Below are positions 14,030 through 27,487 of a stretch of 64,000 nucleotides of DNA, one piece after another; position 1 is the first letter of the stretch, and each line of letters begins with the position of its first letter. The stretch spans positions 2,305,518 to 2,369,517 of the forward strand of contig MU053810.1 in assembly GCA_013239625.1 (NCBI GenBank). The letters run 5' to 3'. Both the position numbers and the translations under genes were made by a program. Below the pieces are notes generated by a model that worked only from the letters and a program-made list of their open reading frames with translations, was not told the origin of the DNA and searched no databases. This stretch comes from Lama guanicoe. Its lineage: Eukaryota.

Positions 14030-14760
14030 TGATGTATATAAAATATGACCTACTATAAAAAAACGATGCTACTCTTTTAACAGAAACCACAACTCATATG
14101 CACAATAAAAGAATGTCATCACCTTCTAAGTGGATACTTTGGAACATTATATACATATTCCTGAGACTGCTCAAAACTCTGTAAAAATTCCTCTTTTGAT
14201 ATCGCATTCAACCCCTGAGATATACATTTTTGATTCTTCTCAACCATGGTAAATATTCATATGTTGAGGGCGGGTTTCATTTTTGGAAACAGCTGAGTCA
14301 TTTGAAACTAAACCTGGCACATATGCTGGAGAAAACTGTTTGAATCAAAAGTAAGATTCATTCATTGAATTATTCAACAATTATTGCGCTGGACACTATG
14401 CGAGATGAAGTCAGCTTCAGCTCTTAGGGGGCTCACAGTCCAGAGGGGAAGATGAGCATGTAAGTAAATTGCAGTGAAAATAATACAATTTTTTCAAAGA
14501 TGTCTTAGCAGCTCCAGTTGCTTTTAAGTAGGACCATGATGGGAGAGTTCACAAGGCCGAGTTTCTGGATTGGCTTGTAAAGCAATTATAAAAGCAGTCC
14601 GAGGAGGAGGTGTTCCGAACCTGTCTGAGCAACAGGAACTTCAGCAGCATGAGTATATGACCTCCTAACAGGGCTGCTGCAACGCAGGATGCTCGTCCAG
14701 ATCGTAACGTTCTGGTACGTGTTACTTTTACAATTTGATCCAGTATGACTTTACATCTAC
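14030..14760. mobile_element. MARNA-like (mariner-derived) fossil with two inverted arms, interrupted by an L2 fragment (~14355-14480)
   Basis: Left arm TCACCTTCTAAG...GCTCAAAAC...TTCCTCTTTTG...TTGAGGGCGGGTTTCATTTTTGGAAACAGC. The right part (GAGGAGGTGTTCCGAACCTGTCTGAGCAAC...) loosely mirrors the left arm. Confidence 0.6.
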
Positions 14761-14889
14761 CACCATTTGTTTCCTAAGCTGGCCGAAAAATCAATGTGGC
14801 CACCATTAAAGGTAGGGGAGAGCCACAGTGCCTTGGCACAGGATGGCAGGGCCCCCGTGGTTGGTGGGGTGGGACAGCCAGCAGCAGTG

Positions 14890-16150
14890 ACATGTGACTT
14901 ATTTACTACATACTCAGGGGGAGGGGATGGAGGTATCAAATAAGTAAATATATAGATGACAGGAGCCAGGCTTCTCACTGTCAAAGAAGGGAGTTACAAA
15001 TATGGATAAGGAGAAAACTGGAAATGAAGATACTGGTATGAACTCATTGGTATAGAAATCAATGATATTTAATACACGCTTATAAATATAAATATGTATC
15101 TCCTGGCCCTGACAACTAAGAGGACTTGGAAGCAACAACAATCCAACAGCACCTAAATGCCCTAATGCTTGGTTTCTAAACACTCTTCTTCACAAAAAGG
15201 AACCAGGGATCCTTGGAGAAGTAGTTGATTCCAAGGATAGACAAGGAAAATATCAGATGAGCCTAGAACATCTTAATGTGTCAGAAACCAAGGAGGTGCC
15301 CAAAGAATCACAGGACTGTGTCAAAAGAACACAGAAACTTGCTTACAGAGGGGTCACACTAGCCAGGTGTGGGACCACTGAAGGATCAAAATAAATAACG
15401 ACAATGGTGGATTATAACCCACTGAATGAAGTAGGGAATCATAAGTCTGTACTGAGAAAAATATATGAATGAACAGATTAAAAGTTTGATGAGGACTAGG
15501 ATACACATCTAGTCTCAAAGGACTCTCAACAAAGTTCATGTTAACTACAAAGGGAAAAACACAAGTTGACAGTGGAAAGAGCCTGGCAGACACAACCTTA
15601 AGTGATTAAGTGAACATCATCAGTAATGGAACAAATCGAACATGTGTGTCACCTGGCAGGGGGCAATGCAAGACCACAGCACCACGTCTATGAACCCCCC
15701 GCCTGTGACGCCTAACCAGAGTGTAATCATGGAGAAACGTCAGCCACACTCAAGCCGAGGAACATCAACTGACCCCGAAAGGCATTGTGAAAGTCACTGA
15801 ACGACGAAGGAATTGCTCCTGGTTGAAGGAAGCTAAAGAAACATGAGAAGCAAATGCAGCCCATGATTCTAGACAGGATGCTTCTGCTACAAAGGACATT
15901 ATTAGGACAACTGGCAAAACATGAATGGGGTCTGAGGATGAGATGACAGCAACAAAGCAGTATCTGTTTCCTGACTTTGAGCGGCGATACTGTGACGACG
16001 CAGGAGCACACCCCAGTTTATAAGAAAGTCACACTAAAACATCTGCTGGTGGTGCGACATCACGCTGGCAACTTACTCTCAAATGGTTCCAGGGCAAAAG
16101 AAATGTGTTTTTATACTGTACTTTAAAGTTTCGTAAGTTTGAAATCCCCC
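14890..16150 (+). mobile_element. L1MC-like 3'UTR
   Basis: GAGCCAGGCTTCTCACTGTCAAAGAAGGGAGTTACAAATATGG, AAAAGGAACCAGGGATCCTTGGAGAA, GGCAACTTACTCTCAAATGGTTC. Confidence 0.8.
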
Positions 16151-19100
16151 CTCCCCCAAAAAATATTTTTAAAAGAATGTATAAAGAGTGTACTATACTA
16201 TATGTCAATAAAAAAATTAATAAATAACATGGTTTATAAAAGATTTCAAGAAAAAAATAGTACGCGTAGTTCATTACTTAAATGGTAATGCTGTATTATA
16301 AAGGGTGACCCATTCGAAATGGGCATCATTCACAGCAATTAATCATCACCCTTTTACTGAATCAGTGTTCTGTGAACTCTGAGAAGACGGGGTTGTGTTC
16401 ATTATTCCATTCCTTCACTTCTCAAAGTGCCCAATACGAAGAAGGTACAGTAAATATTTGTTATTTTACTGAATGATACCGTAAAATTTACTAAATTGAT
16501 TTATAATAAATCTCCGATTATTGCTTTTTTTTAAAAAAAAAAAAGGAGAGTAGAATAAACCGTTTGATGCCGCACTGGTCATCCCCTAACCTCACTCCAC
16601 TGCCCCGCTTGATTCTGTAACAGCAAACCAGCACAGGAGGGAAAAACACTGTCCCCCCTACCACTAAGGGCTTAAAAACATATTTATCTAAAAAGGGAAG
16701 ACTGTGGGAAATGCAGGAGGGATGGGCCCTTTCCTTGTTGACTGCTTCATGGACTGAAGGCCATGGTAATGAGAAGAAACAACAATTATCAGAGGCCATC
16801 AGAACTCCTTTAGGTATAGAAGCTTTGAAGATTCTCTAGGGCATAAGAATACAAAGTCAGGAGGGGAGGACCTAACAGGTAGAGCCAGGCAGTGCAGCAT
16901 GATCCCAGGACAAGCAACAGTCTATTTAAATTGGTTGAACTGTGTAGTTACTGTGTTTGTCCAGGAAATTTCCCTTCTCTGGAAATAGATCCAAGCCCTC
17001 CCCTCCCTCACCACAGCACCCCACCTGCCACAACAGTCATCTGCTGAAGAGGTGACCCACAGAGCCAATTTGAGTTCTTCCTGAAATACGTACACAATGC
17101 TAGACAAAAGATGCTCTCTCTGTGCACTGTGGTCACTTAGCTCTTCCTACGAGTCCAGCAGATCTGGTATCCTTGCAGAGTCTTACTGAAGCCACTATGA
17201 ACTGGGTTTCTCTTACTTGTCCCCAAAGAGTCATAACTAATAAGAGCCGCCATCTTGGAAAAGATAATCTCTGGTGTAAATTTGCAACCTGAATTTCCAG
17301 CACCAGGTCCCACATACTTAGGAACTATATGCTGATTTCCAGGCCCTTAACCAACTGCTGGATGGGTACACCAGCCACGGAGGTCCCAGATTGATGGAAC
17401 CAGGAGAGGAAACCCTGGAGTCCAGAAAATGGGAGTGGCCTTGAGACATCCTCAAATTTCTCTGCCCCTCTAATTTAACCACAAACGGCCAGCTCCACTC
17501 AGCGCATCTGTTTATGGTCTGGGTGTTGGATGCAGTTGTCCACATCGTTGCCTTGTCCCCCAGCTGCCCTCTCCTCCGTTACACCTTAACTGCTCTATGG
17601 GCAAGCACCTAGACCCCCTTTCTCTCTGCCTGCAAATCGCTGGGCAGACACTCAATAAACATAACTGAGTGGTTATTCAAGTGTAAAAAGATCATATGAA
17701 AGTTCAAGGTTTTGAGTTAAAAATGAGACTAAAGATAACTGTAAAGAGCTTCACTACAAACACACAGTGCCTTACTCGGGACAGACTTCCCAGAAACACT
17801 GAATGGATGAAGTCACCTTGCTGTCTCCCTCCTGTTAAATCCCCAGCAACACTCGCCAAAGCACAGGGGTCACGCACACCAGCCCGGAGCGAGCCTGCTT
17901 GCTGCCAAGCCTTGACGTGGCTTCAACCACCTGGTCCGGTCATGGTCCTTGGGCAACTCATTAGGAAGCCTGGTGGGGAGTTCATGCATGGCTAGCCCTG
18001 TCACACATGAGTGCTTTTTAGAAAAGAGACCAGTGGGTTAGTGCAGAAAAATGTGAAAGGGCTATGCCTGCCTGGCCCCCTCTCTGCTGAGGCAGTGTCA
18101 CCGTGCTTGTCACACTCACTGTGCCTGAACAGCTTCTTCTTCCCAGCCGTGAACCAATACCTGGGAGCACCTGGGAGATAAACGACCACCGGTTGGAAAG
18201 AACCTCGCCCTCTACACCTGCTCGACTTCCATGGGAGAACCCGCTTTCTTTCTTATGCTACATCACAGTCTATTCTTGAAATCTTTGTATTTCTTCCGAA
18301 AGTAGAATGTACTTCAGAAACTTCATGAAGTCACATCAGCCTTCTTCTCATTGTTTTAGAAACACTGAATGTTTACAATAGTGTGTTTTCAGCTAATACG
18401 TTGTAAAACACCAAACATATAAATGCTCATTTAATTAAGACATTTAAACCATTTTTTTCTCCATGAAGGTTAAGGAGTTTACATTTGTTAAAGTAAAATT
18501 TTATTCTAATATGAATACACAACTATGAAAATATATATACAAATGAACTTCATGACAGCCAGGCAACAGGATGAAAGGAGGCAAAAATACTTCTTCCTCA
18601 TTGGCATCATCCTCCGCGGGGTAGACAAGTCACTCAGACATCATGAATAAACATAAAAATATTTTAGTTACACTGGGAGGAGCTGGGTATGGAAATCTGC
18701 ACTTTTTCACTTAGGATTTTCTTAAAATGGGGCTACCTCTCTGCCTTATCTTCACAATATTCCTTTGATAAAATGTATTTTGAAAAAATCCAAAAATATG
18801 TTTCCCCTGGGCAGGATTTAGCATTCCACTGGTGTAGTGACACCAAAACCAAACAAAAGAGCCAGGAGTAGCCCCACTGGGCATGCCTCATCGTAATTTT
18901 CACAGGAATTTAAAGGTTCAATTCCATGCTATTCATCGTTTGGGCCAATATAAAACAGAGCTCCTGTGTATTTAGTGTTTTGTGTTTGGAAATACCCACA
19001 CAGTAAATATTAGCTTATGCAAAACTGGTTGTGAAAGGAGAAACCAGTGACATGATAGATTCTTAATTTTCTCGCAATTGCGTTAAGACCCCATAATTCA

Positions 19101-20507
19101 GGCAGGATGACGCTGTTTCCACAAGGTTATCGATGCCCCTGATCTGTTTCCTCTCAAACATGAAGAAGAAATTATACTTTAAAACACTGAAACCAAAGAA
19201 TGGCCTGAGAATTATGTTTCTGAAGGTGCGAATTAGAAATCGGACTTCTGGCGAAACTGAAAACCAAGAACAGTTACCCGTTTGCTGAAGAAGCCAGTCA
19301 CACCTCGTACAACTGCCACGGCAGGGGCAGCGGCAGGCCAGCCTCGCCCCCGCAGCACAAGCATGCTGCCCATTTTCATGCCTGGGCACCTCGGCACTGC
19401 CTATCTGTCCCCTACCCCCAGTGTCCCTCCTAACCAACTGGTTTGTCTGCTAAACTACCCATCTAGACTCAGCAGAACTATTTCTTTTGCAGAGGACCTT
19501 TCTTCATCCAGCACCCACCCTCCCTCACCAAGAATCTCCCCCTCTTCTCCTCCAAGGTTCTATCAATCCTGTGTAGACCCTCTGGGGAAACACTCAACAA
19601 GGTGTCACATTCATTTATTTTTCTGTCTCTGTGAACTCCTGGAGGACAGGGACAGTTAACATTTCTTTGTGCTCCTAGTGACTAGCAAATTCTAATGTCG
19701 TCATCGATAAATGTTTGTTGAATGACTGAATGACTGAGGTTTCTGAAAACTAATGCTTACCATTTTTTACCTCACTTTTACTTTTTATGGTTAATCTTCC
19801 TAAGGCAACCATGCCTGGTTAGGGTATAATACATATAATTAAACCTTTTTTCTTGATGACAAGTTCATCCTCATTTTATTAAAAATCATTGAGGCCCTCT
19901 GGCTACTGATTTGTATAGGACGGCCTGTTGCAATCCTAAAAGCCTCCCCGTGGCAGGGATTTATGAAATCCTGAGTCATTTCTTAAGTTTTCTCTGTCTC
20001 TTCTTTCTTTTCCAGACTTTCTCTTGGCCCTGTTTTTAGTGAAACTGCCTGGAGTAGTACTCACCATCCACTTCTCTTAATTAGTTGCCTTTAATCTGCT
20101 AAAGGCAGAGGAATTTGATAACTAAGCTTGTTAAACTGTGCATCTAAAACTCAACAGCCTTTGAATTGGTGCCTATAAAGTAATAATGTCTTGGGGCTCT
20201 GGTCTCTGGAATGTGTGACAACTACCTCATATTTGAGGTTTTGGAAATTACATGACATGTCCTCCACCCTGGTTTGCAGCCCTGACCACCACATAACTGA
20301 GATTTTATAATAATTAAGCACCTGAGATATGATTTGCCACAATCTGTCCTTAGAAGAAAAAGAGTCACACGGAAATTACTCAGAAATTAGACGTTTAAAA
20401 GGAATTCAGTGGTTCTTGGTACATTTTGAAATAGGCTAACCGATGTCTGCACTGGATCTAACCATCTGTAAAACAGAAAACTCCGCTCAACTGCTGCACA
20501 GAAATAC

Positions 20508-20895
20508 TGTCCGTCAGTCGGGTTAAGCTTGATGATGCTGAGGGAACAAACTCCCCAAAATGATCAGCAGCTCTCACCGATGGTGGTGTTTTCTCACTCA
20601 TGCTACACGTCTATCGTGCATCACCTAAGGGCCTACGTTCTCACCCCAGGAGCCAAATACCTATCTCAATACTGTCACTCCTGGCGGACAGGAAGAGAAG
20701 GGGGCCCCATGTACTGGTTCATAAAACTCTGCCCAGAAGTGACATCATCACCTCTGCCTTCATTTCATCGGCCAGTGCAAGTTGATGCCACTCTGAGTTC
20801 AGCCAGCCCGGAAGGAACAATCCTCCCGCAGGGAAAGGAACCGGGGCAAAGGAAATGGGAATATTTGGTCAACAGAACACGGTCGAGTAGAGTTG
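20508..20895 (-). mobile_element. Old MaLR LTR (MLT1J/K-like)
   Basis: TTCTCACTCATGCTACACGTC, CTGCCCAGAAGTGACATCATCACCTCTGCCTTCATTTCATCGGCCAG, GGGAATATTTGGTCAACAG. Confidence 0.7.
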
Positions 20896-21199
20896 CATAA
20901 CAGAAGGGATGCCGAAATCAGGCACGGGTGAAGCGGACAAGGACCCCTGTCCACAGAGGACAGACTTGACCTCACAGTCTTTCTCACGCTGACATTCCAG
21001 ACAACTGGTTGAGGATGGCAAGCGAAGTAACAAAGCAATTGCCAACCTTTCCCTAAAGAGTCAAGTAATCCCACGTTGGGGTTTAAAGGAAGGCCTCCTA
21101 GAAGTGCTATCTGAAATGAGGACCGGTGACGTCCTGACCAGGTGCCGAAGAAGGAAAGGCTGTCTGAGCAGAGGCAGCAGCCCCTGCAGAGCTCTGGGG

Positions 21200-21850
21200 T
21201 GGGATGGTGTGCTCCCAAATCAGGTACGCAGCACTCCTGCTGACGAGGGGTGCACTGAACTCGCGCGGCGACAGAGGAGAGTGAAAAGAGGAGGCCTCAC
21301 AAGGAGATCCAGCTGATGTGACTGGACCTTGTATGGGCTGAGGGAGAGGAAATCGAAGCTGACATCTGTTTTTCTGTCCCGAGGAGAGTCTGGACCACAC
21401 TGACATTCAGGAATGAGGCCCAGGGAGGAGGAGCAGGTCCGTGGGGTACATGGGAGGCCATTCCCAGGCATGTGAAGTTTCAGTTGCTTGTGGAACATGC
21501 ATTTTGACGGGTAGGTTGGGCTTGTCGGGGCACAGCTGGAGAACTCAGGTGAGAGCTGAACGCCAGAAATGGATCATCAGCTTCAAGGAAGTAAGTGAGG
21601 TCCTGGGCCTCGTGAGCCTGCTTAGGGGGAGTGGGAAGCACAGGAGGTCAGTGTGGAACAAGGAGAGCGGTGGGGTGTGAGGACCAAGAAAGATGGACTA
21701 AAGGGGAGCCCCTGGACTCACCCACAGAGCAGGGTGCTGGTGACCCCTGGAGAGCAGGTGAGGGTCCGGGGGTGAGGACAGGAGCAGAGCTGCCTGCAGC
21801 AACGGAAGAGGGAGCTGGGGGGGCAGCGGGCCCCAGGGCAGCCCTGCTCC
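21200..21850 (-). mobile_element. Highly diverged, GC-shifted L2 fragment
   Basis: Collinear L2-like motifs: GGCATGTGAAGTTTCAGTTGCTTGTGGAACATGCA, GGAGAACTCAGGTGAGAG, GGATCATCAGC, GAGCCTGCTTAGGGGGAG, GAGCCCCTGGACTCACC. Confidence 0.5.
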
Positions 21851-22024
21851 CTCTCGCATGTCCCGGCCGCATACAATCACATGTTCCTCAGAATGAAAGT
21901 CCCCATGAGAGTTAAAATAAGAAGATGAAAACAGATGAGTTTTTAAATATATATATTTTTTATGGGTGATATTTAAGTCAAATCTTTGTAGCACTGCGCC
22001 TTCTTTGAAAGTGCAACTTGTCTG

Positions 22025-22345
22025 CACGGCATCTGTCACCGCGCGGCAGAGACACAGCGCATGCGCCGCTCGCACTGCTGACTCCCCGGCGGGTCCCTCC
22101 CGCCCGATCGCCGGCCTCACGGCCTGACTGTCCCTCCGATGTCCCGCTCGCCGCCCAAACCTGACCTGGCCGAGGCTGAGCGCCGCACCGCCCTCAAGTG
22201 CACTGTGAGCCCCGGGAAAACGGAATTCCCGTCCAGTCTGACCAACGTGGCACCTACGTCGTTCAAGAGCGGCGGTCTCCACAGAGAACTGCTCACAAAA
22301 CAGAACCGCCCCAGGAATCCCTGCCCAGGGAAACTGCAAGCGTGG
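22025..22345. promoter_or_regulatory. Small CpG island / candidate promoter
   Basis: About 33 CpGs in ~320 bp (hand count) in a CpG-poor background. Perfect NRF1 palindrome GCGCATGCGC at 22057-22066. CCGCCC GC boxes at 22100, 22151, 22188 and 22306. Confidence 0.75.
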
Positions 22346-23743
22346 GGTCTTGCTACAAACAAAGACAATGTTTTTATCTGTCTGTCTTTTCAATCATAAG
22401 TACCTGGGCATTCATTCCCTCCCTTGTGTTTCCCCTTAATTACGAGAACGTATGTTTACAATGAACAGATTAGTCACACATAACATTTTCATTTCAGTCC
22501 TTATCCCCTCACTGACCTGTGTTATGCCACAACGCCTGGGGCCAAAGGCCAGCTTTTAGGGATAAGAAAGTGGAGCAGCCTCCCTGTCCCGCCCAGTTTT
22601 GTCATCAGCCCCTTCCCACTTGGCTCAGGACTCACGGCTTCTGGTCACTGGCCCCTGCTCTTTGTCACCTCCTGCTGTTCAGTGTAAACGCATTTCCTTG
22701 CTGAACATCATATACACATAACCAACTGACCAGCAGACACTTCACGCTCAACACGACCAAAATCAAGTTCATCTCACACACACACACACTTATAATTTCC
22801 CCAGTGTTCCACCTCCATCTAACCAATCATCCCAACTAGAACCTCAGCATAACTTTGACTTTCCCTTTCCTCCACCACCCAAGGTAACTCCACTTCCTGA
22901 ATCACTCAGATCTGTCGACATATTTCCCTTCCTACCATCCCTGCCTGAGCCAGAGCCTCCATCCTCTCCTGACTTACTAAAATAGCCCCTGACCAGAAGG
23001 AAGCAAGGAAACGAGGTAGCATTTCACTATGAGCTAAGAAGACTTTCTGTGTCTACACGTGCAGAATTCTGGTGTTTTCTGGGGGCTGGGGGGGTGCCCC
23101 TTGTAATGTCTCAGCTACAACATATATCCTGTTTCAACCTTGAACTTAGAGCCTTATTTTCCTCAAAAAAAAACCTTGAGAGTGTTTATGTGGTGTGACA
23201 TTTCAATAAATGGAAGAATGAATAAAGGATCAAGGATTCTGGCTGGGTTTTATGTTTTTTCTACTAGGAAGAAATGGAGTATGAGGCTAATACAGCACCG
23301 TACAGAATACAGGGTGTCAATTAAAACAAAAACATGTCTTTATCCAATCAGTTATCAAGTACCTTTAAGTTTTCCTCTAAAATTTTTCCCAAATTCAATC
23401 ATTTGGTCTCCATCTCTCCTACTGAGATTCCTCATATCTTATGCTTAGATTGCTACTACAGGATAGTTATGGTTTTTTTGTCTTGTATTTGCTACTGATA
23501 TCTTACCCATAATTAACATAATCCTATATAGCATGTCATTTTTTCAATTTGTTAAGGTCAATTTGAATTCATTCATATTTTATTATCAGCAACTCCATGA
23601 AACCTGAAAATCCGATGTCATGTTCTCCAATTCTTAATCAAATTACCTACAGATACACTAAGCAGAACCGACAGCTAAGTGCTCTCTCTCCTCATATCAC
23701 TTCATTGGTTGTGGGAACAAAGATACATGTTCTGTGGATGTGA

Positions 23744-23779
23744 CATTCATTCATTCATTCATTCATTCATTCATTCATT
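23744..23779. repeat. (CATT)9 microsatellite
   Basis: Perfect CATT tetramer array. Confidence 0.95.
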
Positions 23780-24079
23780 GACCGTTACTACAGTCAAGAG
23801 AAAGTACCTGCTGACTGACATTAAGATGAACACAGCTACCATTGTCCCATTGTTTTCCTGTCCTACACACAGAAGGCAGTTAGATTAATCCACTGCTATT
23901 TGTTTTATGAAAAACTCAGTTCATCACAGGGTTCCTCTAGAAATGACAGTAAGTTATTTGACAACTTGATCTGATATCTCTTGTTTTTATCATCTATTTA
24001 TTCAACATTTGTCTGACTTATCTATAATTCCCACTGTCAATCTATTTTGGCTGTGTATTTTTAAGCTAGTTACAACAGT

Positions 24080-24385
24080 TAACATACTTCAATTCTCAGG
24101 GACTTCTCTTTATCTCCATAATTTAAAAAATAACCATCATGGCATCTGCCAGTTATTTCAGTACCCAGCGTGCCTGAGTAATACAAATACTTCCAGCTCT
24201 TCAAAGCACTTTTTAACTCTTTTTCTATTTTGACTCTCTTTACTTTCATCAAAACTGGGAGCTGTTCCAGGCCCCTTCACATCTGATATTTCTTATGAAA
24301 AGTGAACTGAATAAGACATTAAAAGCCTCTGCCTTTTCACCGGCTTCTGTTGTCAGTTTTCTAGTCCTGTCCATCAGGGACCCAT
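24080..24385 (-). mobile_element. Possible CR1/L3 LINE fossil
   Basis: TCTGCCAGTTATTTCAGTACCC and GAAAAGTGAACTGAATAAGACATTAAAAGCCTCTGCCTTTTC resemble antisense CR1 ORF2. Confidence 0.45.
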
Positions 24386-27300
24386 GCCAAGCAACTAGGG
24401 AAATTATATTACAACAAAGTCTTTCTGAAACTTGCAGTCACTCGCCCTGATGGACAGGGTCCAAAGTGGACGTGCAGTAGAGTCTCTCTGATGTGGGAAA
24501 AGTTTATACAAGAGAATAGGAGGGAATACAGATTGCTTTTTTTCAATTTATTGTATTTTATTTTTTCTCAGCTTCTTGTGCACTTTCCAAGAGGAAGAAA
24601 AAGGAGGAGAAAAAAAATTTTAGGACCCCTTCTAGTCATTTAAAATCAGGTCAGTCTATTCTGTCATTTTTAACACAGGCAAATGAAGATTCTTCAAGAT
24701 TTGGTCCCTTTTCACCTGACAGTGTCTATCTGGATGACTCAGAGGAGGAGTATTTGGCAAAGAAACCCATGGTGGTGCCAGACTCAATGGGCCCAAAGGA
24801 TTGGGGCATCTTATTAGAGGACCGTGAGTTGGACAACATTTTATGGGTGGAAAGGAGAGAGGTCAGCAGGAAAAGGTGGCTTCTGGTCTCTCTCTGTTTT
24901 CTGTTTCCTCCTCCTCCCCTCACACAGTCCTTCGAAAGAACCAAGTACCCAGAGCCAAGCTCATCAGCCCTCTACCAGCTGAAAAAACCCCATCCGTGTT
25001 TACTCAGTCTGCTAAGCCCGTGAAAAACTGAATAACATTTCCAAAATGCCACTCTTGCCAACAAGCTGAAACAGGAGAAAGCATATGCAACCCTACGTGG
25101 TCAAAATGTTTCAAGTGCTTTCTTCAAGATTAAAGGGAGCTGATAGAGTCAAGAAAAGGGGAAAGATATGCAGACCTTCGTTGGCTCCTGCATCCACACA
25201 TCTTGATCAAATACATCTAAGTTCACCCAACGAAAGAGGGAAAAAACAGCTTTTCCTTAAAAATCTACTGCTTCATACATAAATTCTATCCACGTCTTGT
25301 GAAAATCTTTTTTTAAATGTCCTAGACCAGTTTGCTAAACCTCTACTGCAGAAGTTTTTCATACTCCACGAATCACACCAAAGTTCTCCCTGACCTTCTT
25401 TTGTACAGAGATAATTTTTTTCTCAGAACAGAAAACACTTTGTCATTTTTGTGAAAGACTATTTTCCATTCCAAGCTTTCCCTAGAAAATTCTATGTATC
25501 CGTGGTTTGACACTTTAAGCATCATTACTCAACTTAATTTGTTCTCATGAGCTCTTAAGAGTCTTAAAGAAGGCTGGCAGTCAGCTATAGCTTAAAGCCT
25601 GGTTCTTCTAAAATGTCATTCTTTGGTGGTAGCATGATGTGTTTTCCAGATCCCTTTTTAACATCAGTTGGCGAGGTGTGGTCACCTCTTGGCTTCCAAG
25701 CCTCACAGTATTGAAAGTAAAATACACTGAGCCAGATTCATCAACTGGAAGAGTGACAATACTGTACGAGAAACTAGGGTTCTTCTCCAGCAACTATTCT
25801 TACGTGCTAGTGAAATGCCAGGGCGCACAGACAGAACCAGTGGCTGGAATAGCACAGAAAAAGCTCCTCGCTGTTAAGTAAAGGCATCCAAAGTGTCAGT
25901 GTCCCTATGACTGACATCAGTGCATCCAAAATTTGACACCATTAAACACTATGGTTCATGGACCACCTGCATCAAAGTCAATATTAGTGTTTATCTAAGA
26001 TACAGGTTCCAAAGCCTCCTCTCAGACCAGCAGTATCAGGAGCTAAGAGTGGGGTCTAAGCATAACAGGGACTCCTCTTAGGTCCCCTAAGATTTCAGGA
26101 TCGCTGCCCTGAAAGACAAGTCTCACAAATGTCCTACCCAGTACAGAGTTATCAAGTGGGCAGTAAAAGGAGAAGACATTTGGCCAAGGTGTGGATCGAG
26201 ATGGGGAAAGTCTAGCCTAAGAAAAGTAGGTAGAGGGAGGGATAAGGTGATCAAGGTCAGAGTGAAGGAAGCAGATAAGCAGACACGGTCAAAGCCAAGC
26301 ACAAGTCCCCTTAGCTGCAGAAACTCATTTAAATTCTAAATCAATAAGTGTTTGGAAAACACTGAGTTAAGGGTGTTATGAACTATGATACTCGCATAAT
26401 TCTACCTTTTAAACACCAAACCACTAAACTGCTGTTCAAATTGTTGCGCTTAAGAAATTCGAAGCAAATCATAGTTAGTGCATAACTTGAGAATGGGACG
26501 TATGGCTCAAATCAGACTGGCAATTTTCTCCTGAATCGTGAACATTTTCCGTATTAAGTCACCTTGAATTGAATGGAGAGGCAAAGACAGAGGGATAGCC
26601 GGCGGTGTTCATCTCTGGCCCCTGGTTGGCCTCAGTCTGTCTCAGTCGGGAGCAATACAGGGACGTCAGCTTTTGGAGAAAGTGACAGGAAGACGTGGGT
26701 TCGGCTTTCTCATGCCTCCTCCCCAGCCAGTCCTCAGAGCACTACACAAAAGAGGCCAGAACTGGAATGTAAGTACGAAAACTTGGCTTCTGGTCTCTAC
26801 TAATCCAGGAGCCAGACTGAACAAGTCATTGAACCTTGCACGTTGCAGCTCCCTCATCAGTGCAGTGAAGAGGTTTCACCAGATTATCTTCTGGCTCTAA
26901 AACTCTAAATGTAACATTATCCACAATAGTGACGCAGCACTTTTTTCTTTAAGGTGGTTGGAGCTCACATGCAACCCAACTTATTTTCCCCCATAGAAAG
27001 ATGTACTATGTCAAAGCGATCCTCTTGTTAGCATCCTGGACTTTGGGAAGACAAAGGACTGACTGCTTTAGTTTGAGCTGGACATAACACAATCTACATA
27101 GAACACCTGGTCCTCAAAAAGTTTTGCTGAGGGTAGTACCTTCACTTCACCTGAAGAAGTCACTCAGACACTCTTAAAGGGTCTGTAAAGAACAGAATAT
27201 TTATACAAGATTTTAGAGCTACTTGGTTTTGAGTGTATATTTTTAAGAGATTTAGACTGGTTTCATCCCATCGGTCTATCTTTCCTTAACTTGTCTCTAC

Positions 27301-27487
27301 TTTTAAAAAATGTATTTATATATTTATTTTTTAAATGAAGCACCATCAGTTACAATGGGTCAATTTCTGGTGGCCAGCACAATGTCCCGTTCACGCATAT
27401 ACATACACAGATTGCTTTTCATAGTCTTTTTCATTAAAGGGTGTTACAGGATATTGAACAGAGTTCCCTGTGCTCTACAGAAGAAAC
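27301..27487 (-). mobile_element. Young 5'-truncated L1 3' end
   Basis: T-rich tail at the left end and an L1 3'UTR motif (AGTTCCCTGTGCTCTACAG). Perfect TSD TAACTTGTCTCTAC at 27287-27300 and 27488-27501. Confidence 0.88.

Noticed and set aside
21698..22393. 231-aa minus-strand ORF
   Set aside because: Non-ATG start, spans the CpG island and an L2-like fossil, no recognisable domain. GC richness explains its length.
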